64,000 bases of DNA from Pelagomonas calceolata (Eukaryota). Within the stretch, counting starts at the first letter, position 1; the number at the start of each line of letters is the position of its first letter. The notes below the pieces were generated by a model. The model was given only the letters and a program-made list of their open reading frames with translations. It did not search any database and was not told the DNA's origin. Location: the NCBI GenBank assembly GCA_918797485.1, contig CAKKNE010000001.1, forward strand, positions 4,898,001-4,962,000. Reading direction: 5' to 3'. Below are positions 32,583 through 42,875 of this stretch, one piece after another. The translations under genes and the position numbers were made by a program.

Positions 32583-33137
32583 ATGCCACCAGCCTCAGCC
32601 TCCGGCGGTGGAATCAATCTGCCGCCACGTCTCGCCGGAACATTCTATTGGACCCTTCTATTGGACGTGTGCATTCTGCGCCATCTCGGCAAAACAGCAC
32701 GGGTTTTCGACGATAATCTCACGTTCATGCTTTACGCGATGTATAGTCAAGCCATCGTTAAAAGCCTCTACGCTAACCGGTGTGCCGACGCCCGCGGCGT
32801 TCTAGATGCTGAGAAAACTCTGGAGGAGAATGCTGAGAGAGCGCGCCGGGTCCTGGGCCCGAAGCACCCGGTCGTCGCCCACATGCTCAGGGACCTCACC
32901 CTGCTGCGGAAGCTAGTAAGGGAATTGACGGACCCGGAGATCCAGGTCATCCTCCAGGACCCCAAGGTGCGGCAGGTGATCCAGGACCTGTCGGGCGGCG
33001 ACGTGGCGGCGGGCCAGAGGGCCATGTCCGACCCGGTCATGCGCGGCAAAATCGAGAAGCTGATCGCGTCGGGCGTGCTGCAGAAGAATGGGGACCGAAT
33101 TTCAGGCGTGAAGATAGAAGCGCTAAAAAGACCGTAG
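32583..33137 (+). CDS. Small protein with TPR-like helix and STI1/Hop DP domain (possibly chimeric or a fragment)
   Basis: AEKTLEENAERARRVLGPKHPVV followed by DPEIQVILQDPKVRQVIQDL...DPVMRGKIEKLIASGVL. Confidence 0.5.
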   Translation: MPPASASGGGINLPPRLAGTFYWTLLLDVCILRHLGKTARVFDDNLTFMLYAMYSQAIVKSLYANRCADARGVLDAEKTLEENAERARRVLGPKHPVVAHMLRDLTLLRKLVRELTDPEIQVILQDPKVRQVIQDLSGGDVAAGQRAMSDPVMRGKIEKLIASGVLQKNGDRISGVKIEALKRP

Positions 33138-33185
33138 GATTTACACATCGACGAGGGGGAGGAGGGATCGGGGGGCGTCGAATGC

Positions 33186-36100
33186 TTATGCCTGGGCCTC
33201 CTTGTACTTGCCGCCGCAGCACGGGTTCTCCTTGGGCGCCTCGTCGGACCGCCGCATCGTCGCGCAGCCGTAGGCCGCCGCGAGCGCGCCCACCAAAGCG
33301 GCGACCGCCGAGAGCGCGGGGTGGTCCGCGAAACTGAAGCCCGCGCCCCGCCGCGCCGCGGCGCGCTGCTCCGGCGTCATGTGGCGCTTGTTCACGTTTG
33401 TCGTGGGCTGCGTCGACGAGATAATGCCCAAGGCGCCGGACTCATCATCTTCAAACCCGTCCCAGTCCTTGCCGAAGTCGTAGTCGTCGTCCCACCACTC
33501 CTCGCTATCATCGTCGAACCACTCGTCGTCGTCCCAGTCGCCCAAGGGTTCGGTGGAACCGGCGGCGTCGTCGTCGCCGCCCATCAATTCCAAGGGACCG
33601 CCGCAGTCCGTGCAGTCCGTGCCCCGCACGCACGCCGGCATGGCCGCGTCGTCGCCATAGTAGCCGTAGGCGTCGTCGTAGTCGTACCCGTAGTCGTACT
33701 CATCTCCGAGATCCTCGGCGAGCTCGTCCGAGTACCAGCCCCCGAGGTCGTCGTCCTCCCACCAGGCGCCGCCCTTGTCCTGGTCCTTCTTGGTCCGCGC
33801 GCCCTGCGAGCCGTCGTCGCAGACGCCGTCATTGGCCCACATGCACGTGTCGTCGCAGCGCATGACGTCGCCGCTCGCGGTCGTGGCCGCGCTGTCGGGG
33901 ACGACGAGCGCGACCGTGACGGGCGCGGGCTTGCCGTTCGAGTCCTGGAAGATGTACTCGCCGGCGGCCGTGTCGATCTTCGTGACGACCAGGGGCATGG
34001 ACTCGGCGGAACCGAGCGCGGCCCAGGACTTGCCTTCCCGTAACCGTAAGACAACTTCGTTCTCGTACACCGCCTCGACGTCGTAGGCTGCTCTGCTGGT
34101 GGGTTCCAGGGTGAGCTCCGTGCCGTCAATCGCAAAGCCCGTGCCGTAGATCGACAATCGGCGAGTGGTGGAGGTCGTGATGCGCGCCGTGGACGTCGCG
34201 ACGGTCGGGTTGGCGGACACGTCCGCAACCACAATACCCGTGCCGTGGGCCATCTCGACCGGGCCGCTGCCCGTGTCCACGGACATGAGCATGAGCTGGC
34301 CCGCCGTCTGGCGCCACATCTTGCCCGCGAGCAGGCCGAGGACCATGACGTCCGACGTGGCCCTTAAAACTTTGTAGTCGACGCCCTTGGTCAAGGGCGG
34401 CGAGAAGGTCAGCTGCGCATCCACAGACAAAGACGTGCCGTGGATCTCGAGGTGGCGGATGGCCGGCGTCTGGTAGAGCACCTGGGAGTTCGTGCGCTGG
34501 ATCTCGACGCCAGAGGGGTGCGAGTCGGCGTCGGGCACGACGTGCGCGACCGCCGCGGGCTTGAAGCCCTCGTACTGGCCCGCGCCCGAGTCCATGCCGA
34601 CGACGTAGAGCGGGCCGGGCTGCGCCGCCCAGGCGCGGCCCTCGCGCAGTCTGACGAGCATGTGCGTGCGGTTGAAGACCGTGAGCATGTAGTCGACGCC
34701 GACCTTCAAAGCGGGCTCGAAGTCGATCTTGACCTCCCCACCCACGCCGTTGCGCGTGTCCGACCGCGTGAAGCCGACGCCCGTGATCCAGAGCTGCGCA
34801 CTGTGCGTGCGGAAGAGCGAGGTAAGAGGCTGGGGGTTCACCTTGGGGCACTCGAAGATCGTGGCCACGCGGATGCCCTTTCTCGCTTCCGTGGCGCCGA
34901 TGGCCACGAGGCCGGAGCCGACGTCCGCCGCCAGCAACGTGAGAGGCGCGGGCAGGTTCGCGCCGTTGCGGCGCCACACCGAACCGGGCTTGAGCACGAG
35001 CTCGAGCTTGTTGTCATCATACGAAGACACCGTGTAGTTGACGCCGCGGCCCAGTAAGCCGTTGGCCCAGCGGAGTCTGGGCGGGCCGAAGTTGTCGACC
35101 TGCTCGACGTGCGCGAAGCCCGAGCCCTTGATCTCTAAGCTGGGGGCGTTCTGGTACATGAGCTTCGTCGGATTGGCGCTAGCAGTCACACCATGTCCAC
35201 CAAGATCAACCTGGACCTCGGCGACCGTCACGCCGCCGAAGCGGGGGTCAATTCTAAGAGCGCCGGCGCCGGAGTCGATGCGGCGCAATCTGAGAGGCCC
35301 GGGCTCGCCGTCGGAGCGCCACTTTCTATCGGTCTTGAGCACGAGCTGCATGGCCGTCGGCGAGCGGACCGCCAACGCGTAATCGACATCCCTCACGAGA
35401 GGGGGATCAAAAGTCAAAGCCATGTTGCCCTCGCGGAAGTGAGTGCCGTTGATGAGGAAGCGGTTCGTGCCCGTCATGTAGATGAGCTTGTCCTCGCCGC
35501 GCACGACGGACGGCGGCTCGATGATCGTAGCCACGGGCACGGCGTTCTTGAGCTGGTTGCTCGAGCCGTGCTGGTCGACGACCAGGGACTGGAGGAACAG
35601 CGTCGACGACTCACCGGTCGTCGACGTGGGCCAGCGCATGCCCTTCTTGAGGCCGATCGAGATGACCGTGTCCGTGACGGTCAGGTTGTAGAAGCGCTTG
35701 CCATTCTTCTCGAGCGGAGGGACGAAGACGGGGTGCACGCCGGAGGCGTCCTTGCCGAAGCCCTTGCCCTTAATTCTTAGTTTCGGCGAGATGTTCGCGT
35801 AGAGGAACTGGGGGCGCTGCTCGACCTCGACGTCGGGGGCGATCTGCGATGGGCATTTGGGTTTTGGAATGTCGGCGCGGCAAATTATTTGTGTGTGTGT
35901 GGGCGGCGTGGCGGTGTGGCCGCGCGGGGTAGCTTGGCGGCTGCCCGAGCGGCCTCGGGCAATTTGAGATTTTTTCGGCGGAAGTGATTTTTGGTTGTGT
36001 GGCGGCGGACCGGCGGGCGTCTTGGGGCAGCGCCAAGGCGGCCGGGCAAACGCCCTGAGCGGGCTGCCGGGGCCCCCGGGCCGCGGGCGCCGCTCGTATT

Positions 36101-36215
36101 TCGAGTTTCGTTATCGACAAAGTTGGCAGCGGACGCTGGCGCGCGCCTCCATCTGGACTTCCTGTGCGACAGCGGCGCAGGCCACGAGGGCTGCGGCGAG
36201 GAGACCGCGCGCCAT
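33186..36215 (-). CDS. Type I membrane protein, about 912 aa, with about six Ig/IPT-like repeats and a Cys-rich domain; exons 36215-36135 and 35843-33186
   Basis: Exon 1 MARGLLAAALVACAAVAQEVQMEARAS is a signal peptide; 291-nt GT..AG phase-0 intron; repeats L.I.GxGF...FxPPL..GVDY...W...GPL...DSGAG; CDDTCMWANDGVCDDG...CVRGTDCTDCG; C-terminal TM. Confidence 0.8.
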
Positions 36216-36698
36216 GTTTGGGTTACTGGGGGCTGCCTCGCGTTCCCTTCCAATAAGCCCGGCGACGTCTGCGCAAAAAATATGCCGAGGGCGGCGGTTT
36301 GCTGTCCGTTGAGGGGGAAATCATTTGCGCATCCGCACGCGAGTGCTCATTCTTCTGTGTCGCCACGGATGTGTCCCGCCGCATCGTGCTGGGGCTGCTT
36401 TCCCCAAAGGAGCAAGGCCTGCTCAAAAAGGCTGCCCCCTGCAAGATCTGGGGGGGGGGCTTTCCCCCGCCTGATTTTGTCCCTACCCGTCGCGAGGACT
36501 CGTCTCTTGTCATCAATACCTCGAGGTCGGGCAAAACCCGAAGCACTCAGCAAAATGCAGCAAGGCCCCCAGACAGGCGGCGCATTCGTCGAACGCATCG
36601 CAGTCGAGCCTCAGAACTGCGCTGGATACTAAACACATAGTATATAGATCGCTGTCGAGAAACGCTGCTTGCGCGATCTGTAGAGTGATTTAAGAAGC

Positions 36699-37763
36699 AT
36701 GCTCTCTCTACTGCGCTGCGCAACAAGCAGAACGGGCGCGGCTCGACCGGGCGCGGCTCATGCAGCACGGCCGCGCGCGTCGCGCGCCGCGCCAGCGCAG
36801 CAGCGCTGCTACGCGTCGTCGACGGACGTCGAGCACCGCGTGCGGGCGACGAGCGTGTCGCACCTCGACCTCGTGGAGATCGACCGCTACCTCTTCCGCG
36901 CGCCGCGCGAGCAGCTCTGGGTGCCGCCGGGCGGCCGAGGAGTATTTGGTGGGCAAGTCATGGGCCAGGCGCTGCGGGCCGCGACGCTCGCGTTGGATGG
37001 CGACGAGGCCTGGCGCTGCCACAGCAATCATAGCTATTTCGTCAACGCCGTCGATCCGTCGCGCGACGTGCTGTACCGCGTCCGCGAGACGTCGACGCGG
37101 CGCTCCTTCGCGACGCGGTCCATCGACGGGATCCAGAACGGCAGCGTAATTTTCAAGATGATCGCGAGCTTCAACGTGGACCGCAGCCTGCCGAGCGACG
37201 CGCCTCCTCCACAACACCAGGACGCCGTGCCCGAGGGTATACCTTCGCCGGAGAGCCTGCCCTGCTACCGCGACGACATTCATAAAGCGCTGGAGCGGCT
37301 CCCCGCGGACAGCCCCTTCCAGAGCTGGTTTCGCCAGAAGCTCGAGAGCCCCGTCGACGTGCGCTACTGCGAGCCACCGCCGGACCCCCTCGACGCCGCG
37401 CCGGCGCCGCGGCCGCCGTCGCGATTGATGTGGGTCAAGGTGAGCCGGCCCATCGACCCCGAGGCAGACAAGGGCAACATCCACCAGTGCCTCGCGGCCT
37501 ACATCTCCGACGGGCCGCTCCTCTCGGTCGCGCTCCAGCCGCACGGGCTCCAGTTCCCGTCGACGCGGCTCGGCGCCGTCGCGTCGCTCGACCACTCCAT
37601 GTGGTTCCACGCGCCCTTCCGCGCCGACGAGTGGATGTTGTACGACATGCGCTCGCCGAGGCTCGTCGACTCGCGGGGGCTGATTTTTGGGTCGGTTTAC
37701 CAGGACGACGTGCTCGTTGCGACCGTCGCGCAGGAGGGACTTCTCCGCCTGAAGAGGGACTAG
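36699..37763 (+). CDS. Acyl-CoA thioesterase II (TesB/ACOT8-like) with mitochondrial-type presequence
   Basis: VFGGQVMGQAL, RRSFATRSI, LAAYISD, ASLDHSMWFH, ATVAQEGL. Confidence 0.93.
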   Translation: MLSLLRCATSRTGAARPGAAHAARPRASRAAPAQQRCYASSTDVEHRVRATSVSHLDLVEIDRYLFRAPREQLWVPPGGRGVFGGQVMGQALRAATLALDGDEAWRCHSNHSYFVNAVDPSRDVLYRVRETSTRRSFATRSIDGIQNGSVIFKMIASFNVDRSLPSDAPPPQHQDAVPEGIPSPESLPCYRDDIHKALERLPADSPFQSWFRQKLESPVDVRYCEPPPDPLDAAPAPRPPSRLMWVKVSRPIDPEADKGNIHQCLAAYISDGPLLSVALQPHGLQFPSTRLGAVASLDHSMWFHAPFRADEWMLYDMRSPRLVDSRGLIFGSVYQDDVLVATVAQEGLLRLKRD

Positions 37764-37815
37764 GATGTGTAATAATGATTTGACTACTTAGTACACAGGG
37801 GGGAAAGGATGCGAT

Positions 37816-38967
37816 TCACAGCGCCGGCGGCCCGGGCCCGCCCGACACGACGACGGACGGTTCTTCACTAGTGAGGTCCGCCACGGACTTCAGGCAGCGC
37901 CGCGACACCCAGCCGCGGACGGGCTCGACGATGCGGCAGCGCTCGACGCCGGGCCGGCCGTCGGGCCGCGTCGGCAATGCGCGGTGCTCGACGACGCGCA
38001 CCGGTTGTAATGTTGGTAATAAAGCGACCTCCGCGGAATCTAGTGATGCCGCTTCTCTGACCAACCCGCCGTTCTTGCCCTTGACGTAGTGCGACGCGCC
38101 GGCGATGTTCAACGACCGCTTCGGCGATTTCGGGGATTGTCCTGATGATTGCCGCGACAATGGTGGCGGCGGCGGCAGGGGCGGCGCTTGCAACACCTCA
38201 GCGAAGAAGGCCGCCACTAGTGGGAGAGAATCACCTGAGAACTTCGGAGGCGCGTGGTCGGAGCCCGGGCATCTAACTAATGTAGCATTTGTAAACTTCT
38301 GGCAGAGCCTTTCGGTGGCGGCCGCGGGTACGACCAGGTCTCGCTCGTGCACACAGAACAAGGCCTTTGTTGGTACAGAAGCACCATCTAACAATTTCAG
38401 TCTCGGATCGCGCGGCGGCGGCGGCGACAGCGCGACGACAAACCCGAAGCGGTGCGGGAAGTCGCCCGTCGCCGCGAGGTTGGCCAAGGAACACGCGAGA
38501 GCCGCACCTTGCGAGAAGCCGAGCAAGCCGTCGAAGGGGCCGTTGTTCACGATAAAGTCGTCGACATGTTTCAAAGTTGCCTCGAGCCGCGCGTACTCGC
38601 CGTTCGCCGACGCGTTCCACCACTCCCGGTACGGCCCGTACGTTTCTGTTGGAAAGTACTCGCGAACGGCCGCGTCCTGCCTCAATGCTTCATCTGTTGA
38701 ACAGGCGTAGGGCGCGTCGAGATACACGAACTCGACGCTGTCTCGCAGCCGCTTGAGCCAGCCTCTTAACATGAGCTGCGTCTCGAGGATCTTGGCGTTC
38801 GTCCGGAACGAATGGAGGCAGAGGACGCGCAGGCGCTTCTGCTCGTTGACGCCGAGCTCCGAAGCGTAGGCGGCGCAGCGGACGTCGTCGTCGCTGCGCG
38901 TCGGCGGGGTGACGCAGGCGGCGTTGCAGGTCTTGCCTGCCGTTCCGCAGGCGACGTTGCAGGCCAT
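37816..38967 (-). CDS. FSH1/OVCA2-family serine hydrolase
   Basis: RVLCLHSFRTNA, FVYLDAP, GPFDGLLGFSQGA, DLVVP, DHAPP. Confidence 0.88.
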   Translation of the reverse strand: MACNVACGTAGKTCNAACVTPPTRSDDDVRCAAYASELGVNEQKRLRVLCLHSFRTNAKILETQLMLRGWLKRLRDSVEFVYLDAPYACSTDEALRQDAAVREYFPTETYGPYREWWNASANGEYARLEATLKHVDDFIVNNGPFDGLLGFSQGAALACSLANLAATGDFPHRFGFVVALSPPPPRDPRLKLLDGASVPTKALFCVHERDLVVPAAATERLCQKFTNATLVRCPGSDHAPPKFSGDSLPLVAAFFAEVLQAPPLPPPPPLSRQSSGQSPKSPKRSLNIAGASHYVKGKNGGLVREAASLDSAEVALLPTLQPVRVVEHRALPTRPDGRPGVERCRIVEPVRGWVSRRCLKSVADLTSEEPSVVVSGGPGPPAL

Positions 38968-39379
38968 GGTTTTGGTGTTGGGTGAGTGGTAAGCGCAGCA
39001 GCGCGCAGTGTGCAGCAGCAAGCAGTGTGGTAATGAATGTGCTGATATGGGGCGCTCCCGCGCCGCCGGACCTTGCTGTTTCGAATCGGGCGAAGCACTA
39101 CTACACAGTGATCCACTTCAAAAAGCCTCGCGTGTGAAACCTTGAGTTGTTTGCGTAGGAAGTGGCCTGGACTAGTCTGGCATTTTCACTAATAACCTAG
39201 CGTGTGACGTGCACTAGCAAATTTATCCTGTCGGGAGATGCCCTTGACTCCGATTTGGGCCGTCCGCGTTGGTCCACCTCGACGTCCTAGCACCGCGACG
39301 GCGGCGACGCCAAGGCCAAAGAAGCATAGAGATAGAAATAAAGGTCATTATGTATCGCGAGAGTATCAGCTGGAGGCGG

Positions 39380-40387
39380 TCACGCCTCGACGAAGGCCAG
39401 GAGCGCGTCGAGCGCGACGGCGTCCTCGGACTCGACGGAACGGAAGACGCGGCGCACGTCGGCGTCGCTCAGCGTAGACGGAGCGACCTTGAGGACCCGG
39501 CGCACGGCGGACCGGAACTCGTCCGCGTCTAGGGTTATACCGCGCGGGAAGAGCCGCGAGAAGTCGCAACCAGAAGCGGTGTAGCCCGCGCGCTTGAAGA
39601 CCGACCGCGCGCGGTCGAGCGCCGCGGCCGCCGCGCGCTGGGCGTCCTTGCGGCTCCGGCCGCGCGTTTTTGGTCGGTTTTTCGTCGGCGGCGACGGCGC
39701 GTATGCGAGCCGCGTCCGGTCCAAAGGCGGCCGCGTCGGCGACGGCGACGGCCCGCGCCACGCCGGCGACGCCGGCCGCTTGGCCCGCGCGGCCTCGAGG
39801 CGCGCGGTCGCGAGCGTCCGGCGCTTTTCGACGACCGTCGCCGTCGCCTGCACGAGTTCGGCGAGCTGGCGCGCCTCGTCGCGCAGCCGCGCGGGCCGCG
39901 CCGACGACCGCGACGACGGCACGGGCGACGGCGGCGGCCGCGGCGGCGGCGCGCGCTTCGGCGGTGACCGCGCTTTGGACGAGGCCGGGCTGCGCGACAC
40001 GGCCGCCGGCGAAGGCTTTGAAGACTTCTGGGACCGCGGCGGCGTCTTGGCCGGGGACCGTCTTTTTGTAGGAGCGTGGCCATTAGCGGGCTTCTTCGCA
40101 GCAGCAAGCGCGGCGACGGCGGCGTCGCGCTCGGCTACTGCCGCGTCTCTTTCAGACAGCGCGGCGTCGCGCCGCCCGAGCGCGTCGGCGAGCGCCGCCG
40201 CGAGCTCGCCCAGGGTCTGGCCCATGCCATCATTAGATGCAGGTGGCTTCGGCACCTTCAGGGGAGGTGCCGGCGCGCGCGGCGGCCGCGCGCGCCGCGG
40301 CCGGCCGTCGGGCGCCTCGGCGGCGAACCAGACCACCCAGCCGTCCTCGGACTCGACGCTCACCGCCGACCGCGCGGGCGAATACAT
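39380..40387 (-). CDS. Hypothetical low-complexity protein with degenerate C-terminal EF-hand-like pair
   Basis: ATG at 40387; TLDADEFRSAVRRVL...LSDADVRRVFRSVE..VALDALLAFV. Confidence 0.55.
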   Translation of the reverse strand: MYSPARSAVSVESEDGWVVWFAAEAPDGRPRRARPPRAPAPPLKVPKPPASNDGMGQTLGELAAALADALGRRDAALSERDAAVAERDAAVAALAAAKKPANGHAPTKRRSPAKTPPRSQKSSKPSPAAVSRSPASSKARSPPKRAPPPRPPPSPVPSSRSSARPARLRDEARQLAELVQATATVVEKRRTLATARLEAARAKRPASPAWRGPSPSPTRPPLDRTRLAYAPSPPTKNRPKTRGRSRKDAQRAAAAALDRARSVFKRAGYTASGCDFSRLFPRGITLDADEFRSAVRRVLKVAPSTLSDADVRRVFRSVESEDAVALDALLAFVEA

Positions 40388-40857
40388 TTCAATAAAGCCG
40401 CGGGGTTGGGCTGCCGAGGCAGTCCCGCGGTCACAAGATGCGTCAGGCAGCGAGGCCCGCGCGCGCACGACCCTCAGCGACGCTGGGGAGCATGATTGCA
40501 GGCAGCTTAATATGTGAAGACGCTGCCTGGGGCGCCCGCGGGCGGGCAACAATGAGCGATGGGTGCTGGAGGGCCCCTGTATAAAGTTGCAACGCAGCGG
40601 GCTGCTCGCGGAAGGATGTTTTAGGTTTTACAGAGGCATGTGTCGTCCAAGATCAGGAGCCCTTGGCACGTACAGCCTCGTCCGAGCGCGGCCGCGCAAT
40701 TGTGAGAGGCGAGGGTTCCTACGACGTCTAAGCGGCGCCGCTCGCCGTTTTCTGCGTGCCGGAGGGACACCGACGCGCGTGGCGGCCGGCGGACGTACCC
40801 CCGCCCTACGCCATCGACGCAATACCGGGACGACGATAGAGCAACGTTACACGCGGC

Positions 40858-41523
40858 CTAGTACCGCATCCCTCTCAACCCGCCGGACCAGTGCCGCATG
40901 TTCCCCGCGCGCATCTTGTTGCCCCTATAAATCGAAGCCGCGCCGCGCGGCTCGAAGGGTAGGGTTGCTTGAAACGCCTCGGGCTGCGCCGTCATGGCCA
41001 GGTCGTTGTGGGCCGACTTGTTGAACGACGCGTCGAGGCGACCTTCGCTTAAGTCGAGAGCGCGACTTCTCGCCCGTGGCAAATCAGAAACCGGCGAGTT
41101 CAGTCTGGTAGGTTCCTCACGAAAGTAGGACGGGTCCTTGGGGTACAACACTCGGCCCCCCTTCGGGTCGGGGTGCACGCCGCGCCGATTCGTCTTCATC
41201 GGGTTGCGGTAGGAGGGATCGATGAAGGCGTATCTAGGCGGCTTTGTAGGGTCAAAACCAGGCCGCGTGAAGTCGCCGATCTCCCCGCTCACGAGGAACG
41301 CCTCGGCGCACTTCGCCCGGCGCTCCGGATGGGCGTGCTGCCACGACTTGGACCTACCTAGCACGACCTTCCTCTCGAAGGCGTCGTCCGTCTCGCTGCG
41401 CCACGTCGGGAAGCGCTCGGAGGGCGGGCCCTCCCGGTATATACCGTAGCCCCTCCCGCTCGTGTGGCGGTGGATGCTGCCCTTCATCGTTCCTCTTCTC
41501 TTCGGCAGGTCGTCGAGGGACAT
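40858..41523 (-). CDS. Hypothetical protein (221 aa)
   Basis: ATG-started ORF with ordinary amino-acid complexity; no domain recognised. Confidence 0.6.
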   Translation of the reverse strand: MSLDDLPKRRGTMKGSIHRHTSGRGYGIYREGPPSERFPTWRSETDDAFERKVVLGRSKSWQHAHPERRAKCAEAFLVSGEIGDFTRPGFDPTKPPRYAFIDPSYRNPMKTNRRGVHPDPKGGRVLYPKDPSYFREEPTRLNSPVSDLPRARSRALDLSEGRLDASFNKSAHNDLAMTAQPEAFQATLPFEPRGAASIYRGNKMRAGNMRHWSGGLRGMRY

Positions 41524-41803
41524 GGTGCTTCTGCTTATCACGGTGTGCGTGCTCCTGAGGCTGCCCGGCAGTCCTGTGGTCCTGTGGCTGGGCGTGCAAA
41601 CTTGTGCGGCGCTGAGAGCAAAGGGCTAGTAGCTTTTGCTGTGCTTGGCGGCAGCAATACTAGAAGTGTGTCAACCCATGTTACTCTTTCGAGCGCGGGG
41701 ATGCGGCTCTTTCGACACACGGTCAAGGGGGGCAGAGCCGCGGGGAGGGGGGGGGAACTTGAAGACGACAGGGGGAAACGGGAACGTCCGCAGAGCAGCG
41801 GCC

Positions 41804-42342
41804 CTAGTAGATCGTCTCGCCCTTCTTCGTGAACGACGTCGCCGACGAGATGACGTGCGCGATGCCCTGGGGCTTGGTCGAGGGCCGCTCGAGGTAGGTG
41901 TCCTCGTACTGGTCGTAGTTGAGGTAGACCTGGAGCGCCTTGACCCACTGGCGGCAGATGACGATCATGACGACGAGGATCGTCGCGGCGCAGATGAGCG
42001 CGCCTGTGCGGAAATCAAAATTTTATGGCGCGTTCGCGTCGTCCTCCGCGCCATCGACGCGACGCCTGCTCGATAGCGTGTTGGTTGATTTCCACACGGG
42101 AGCGCGCCGATGGCGTCCGCGCGCGCGCCGTTGACCTTTCGCTTCCAGCCCGACGCGGCGATGCCGACGCAGACAGCCGTCAGCGAGCGGATCGAGTCGG
42201 CCATGACGTGCGAGAGCGAGCCGCACATGTTCATCGCCGAGGCCTTCTTCTCGGCGACCTCGGTGCCGTGGACGGCCTCGGAGCGGACCTTGGACATCTT
42301 GGGCTGCATCGTGTCGGGGGCGCCCGGCGCGCCGCCCTCGAC
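41804..42342 (-). CDS. Cation-diffusion-facilitator (ZnT/CDF) C-terminal TM5-TM6 portion; exons 42342-42108 and 42003-41804; 5' end unresolved
   Basis: NMCGSLSHVMADSIRS (HxxxD metal site), ADAIG|ALICAATILVVMIVI after removing the introner. Confidence 0.6.
42004..42107 (-). mobile_element. Introner element forming a GC-AG intron (104 nt; element 42004-42099)
   Basis: TIR CTGTGCGGAAATCAA...TTGATTTCCACACGG; perfect TSD GAGCGCGC whose reverse complement supplies a GC donor; removal restores the frame. Confidence 0.88.
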
Positions 42343-42581
42343 CTATGTGGAAATGGTGATCCTGCGTCTCCCGGCCAGTCGACGAGGTGGCGGTTACAAT
42401 TGTGCTCCAGACGCGGGTGCGTGCGGCCAAAATCTTAATGTTTTTCGTCCATACGCACCCGCAGACCATGATTGCTGACGTTGTTTTAGCCTGCGCGTTT
42501 AGAAAAGTGAATTTAACTCTATTGACACTTTGTTGCCTGAGGGCTCTCACACGCTCGCGTCTTCGGCGGATTTCCGCTTAG
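42343..42581 (-). mobile_element. Diverged introner-like element
   Basis: Ends CTATGTGGAAAT and ATTTCCGCTTAG (10/12 inverted match); supplies a TAG acceptor to the CDF exon; no TSD visible. Confidence 0.45.
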
Positions 42582-42875
42582 GGCGGCGGCGGCGGTCGGC
42601 ACGGGTTGATTGAACGCCTGAAAAGACGCGGGGGCGCGCGTTTGTGTTCACAGGCAAGCAACAACTGAAGCCACATCGAAACTTAATACCCGCACGGCAC
42701 GTGCACCAAAATCGAGAAGGCGACGCGGACGCCCGAGCCCTCCAAGCACCCTACAACACCCCACAACACCCCTCCAAAGCCCCCCGGACGCCTCAGAGGG
42801 GGCGACGCGGCGCCGACGGAGCGCCATGGGGGTGAAAAGCGGTGTCGAGCTAGTCACGAGCGAAAGAAAGGACAG

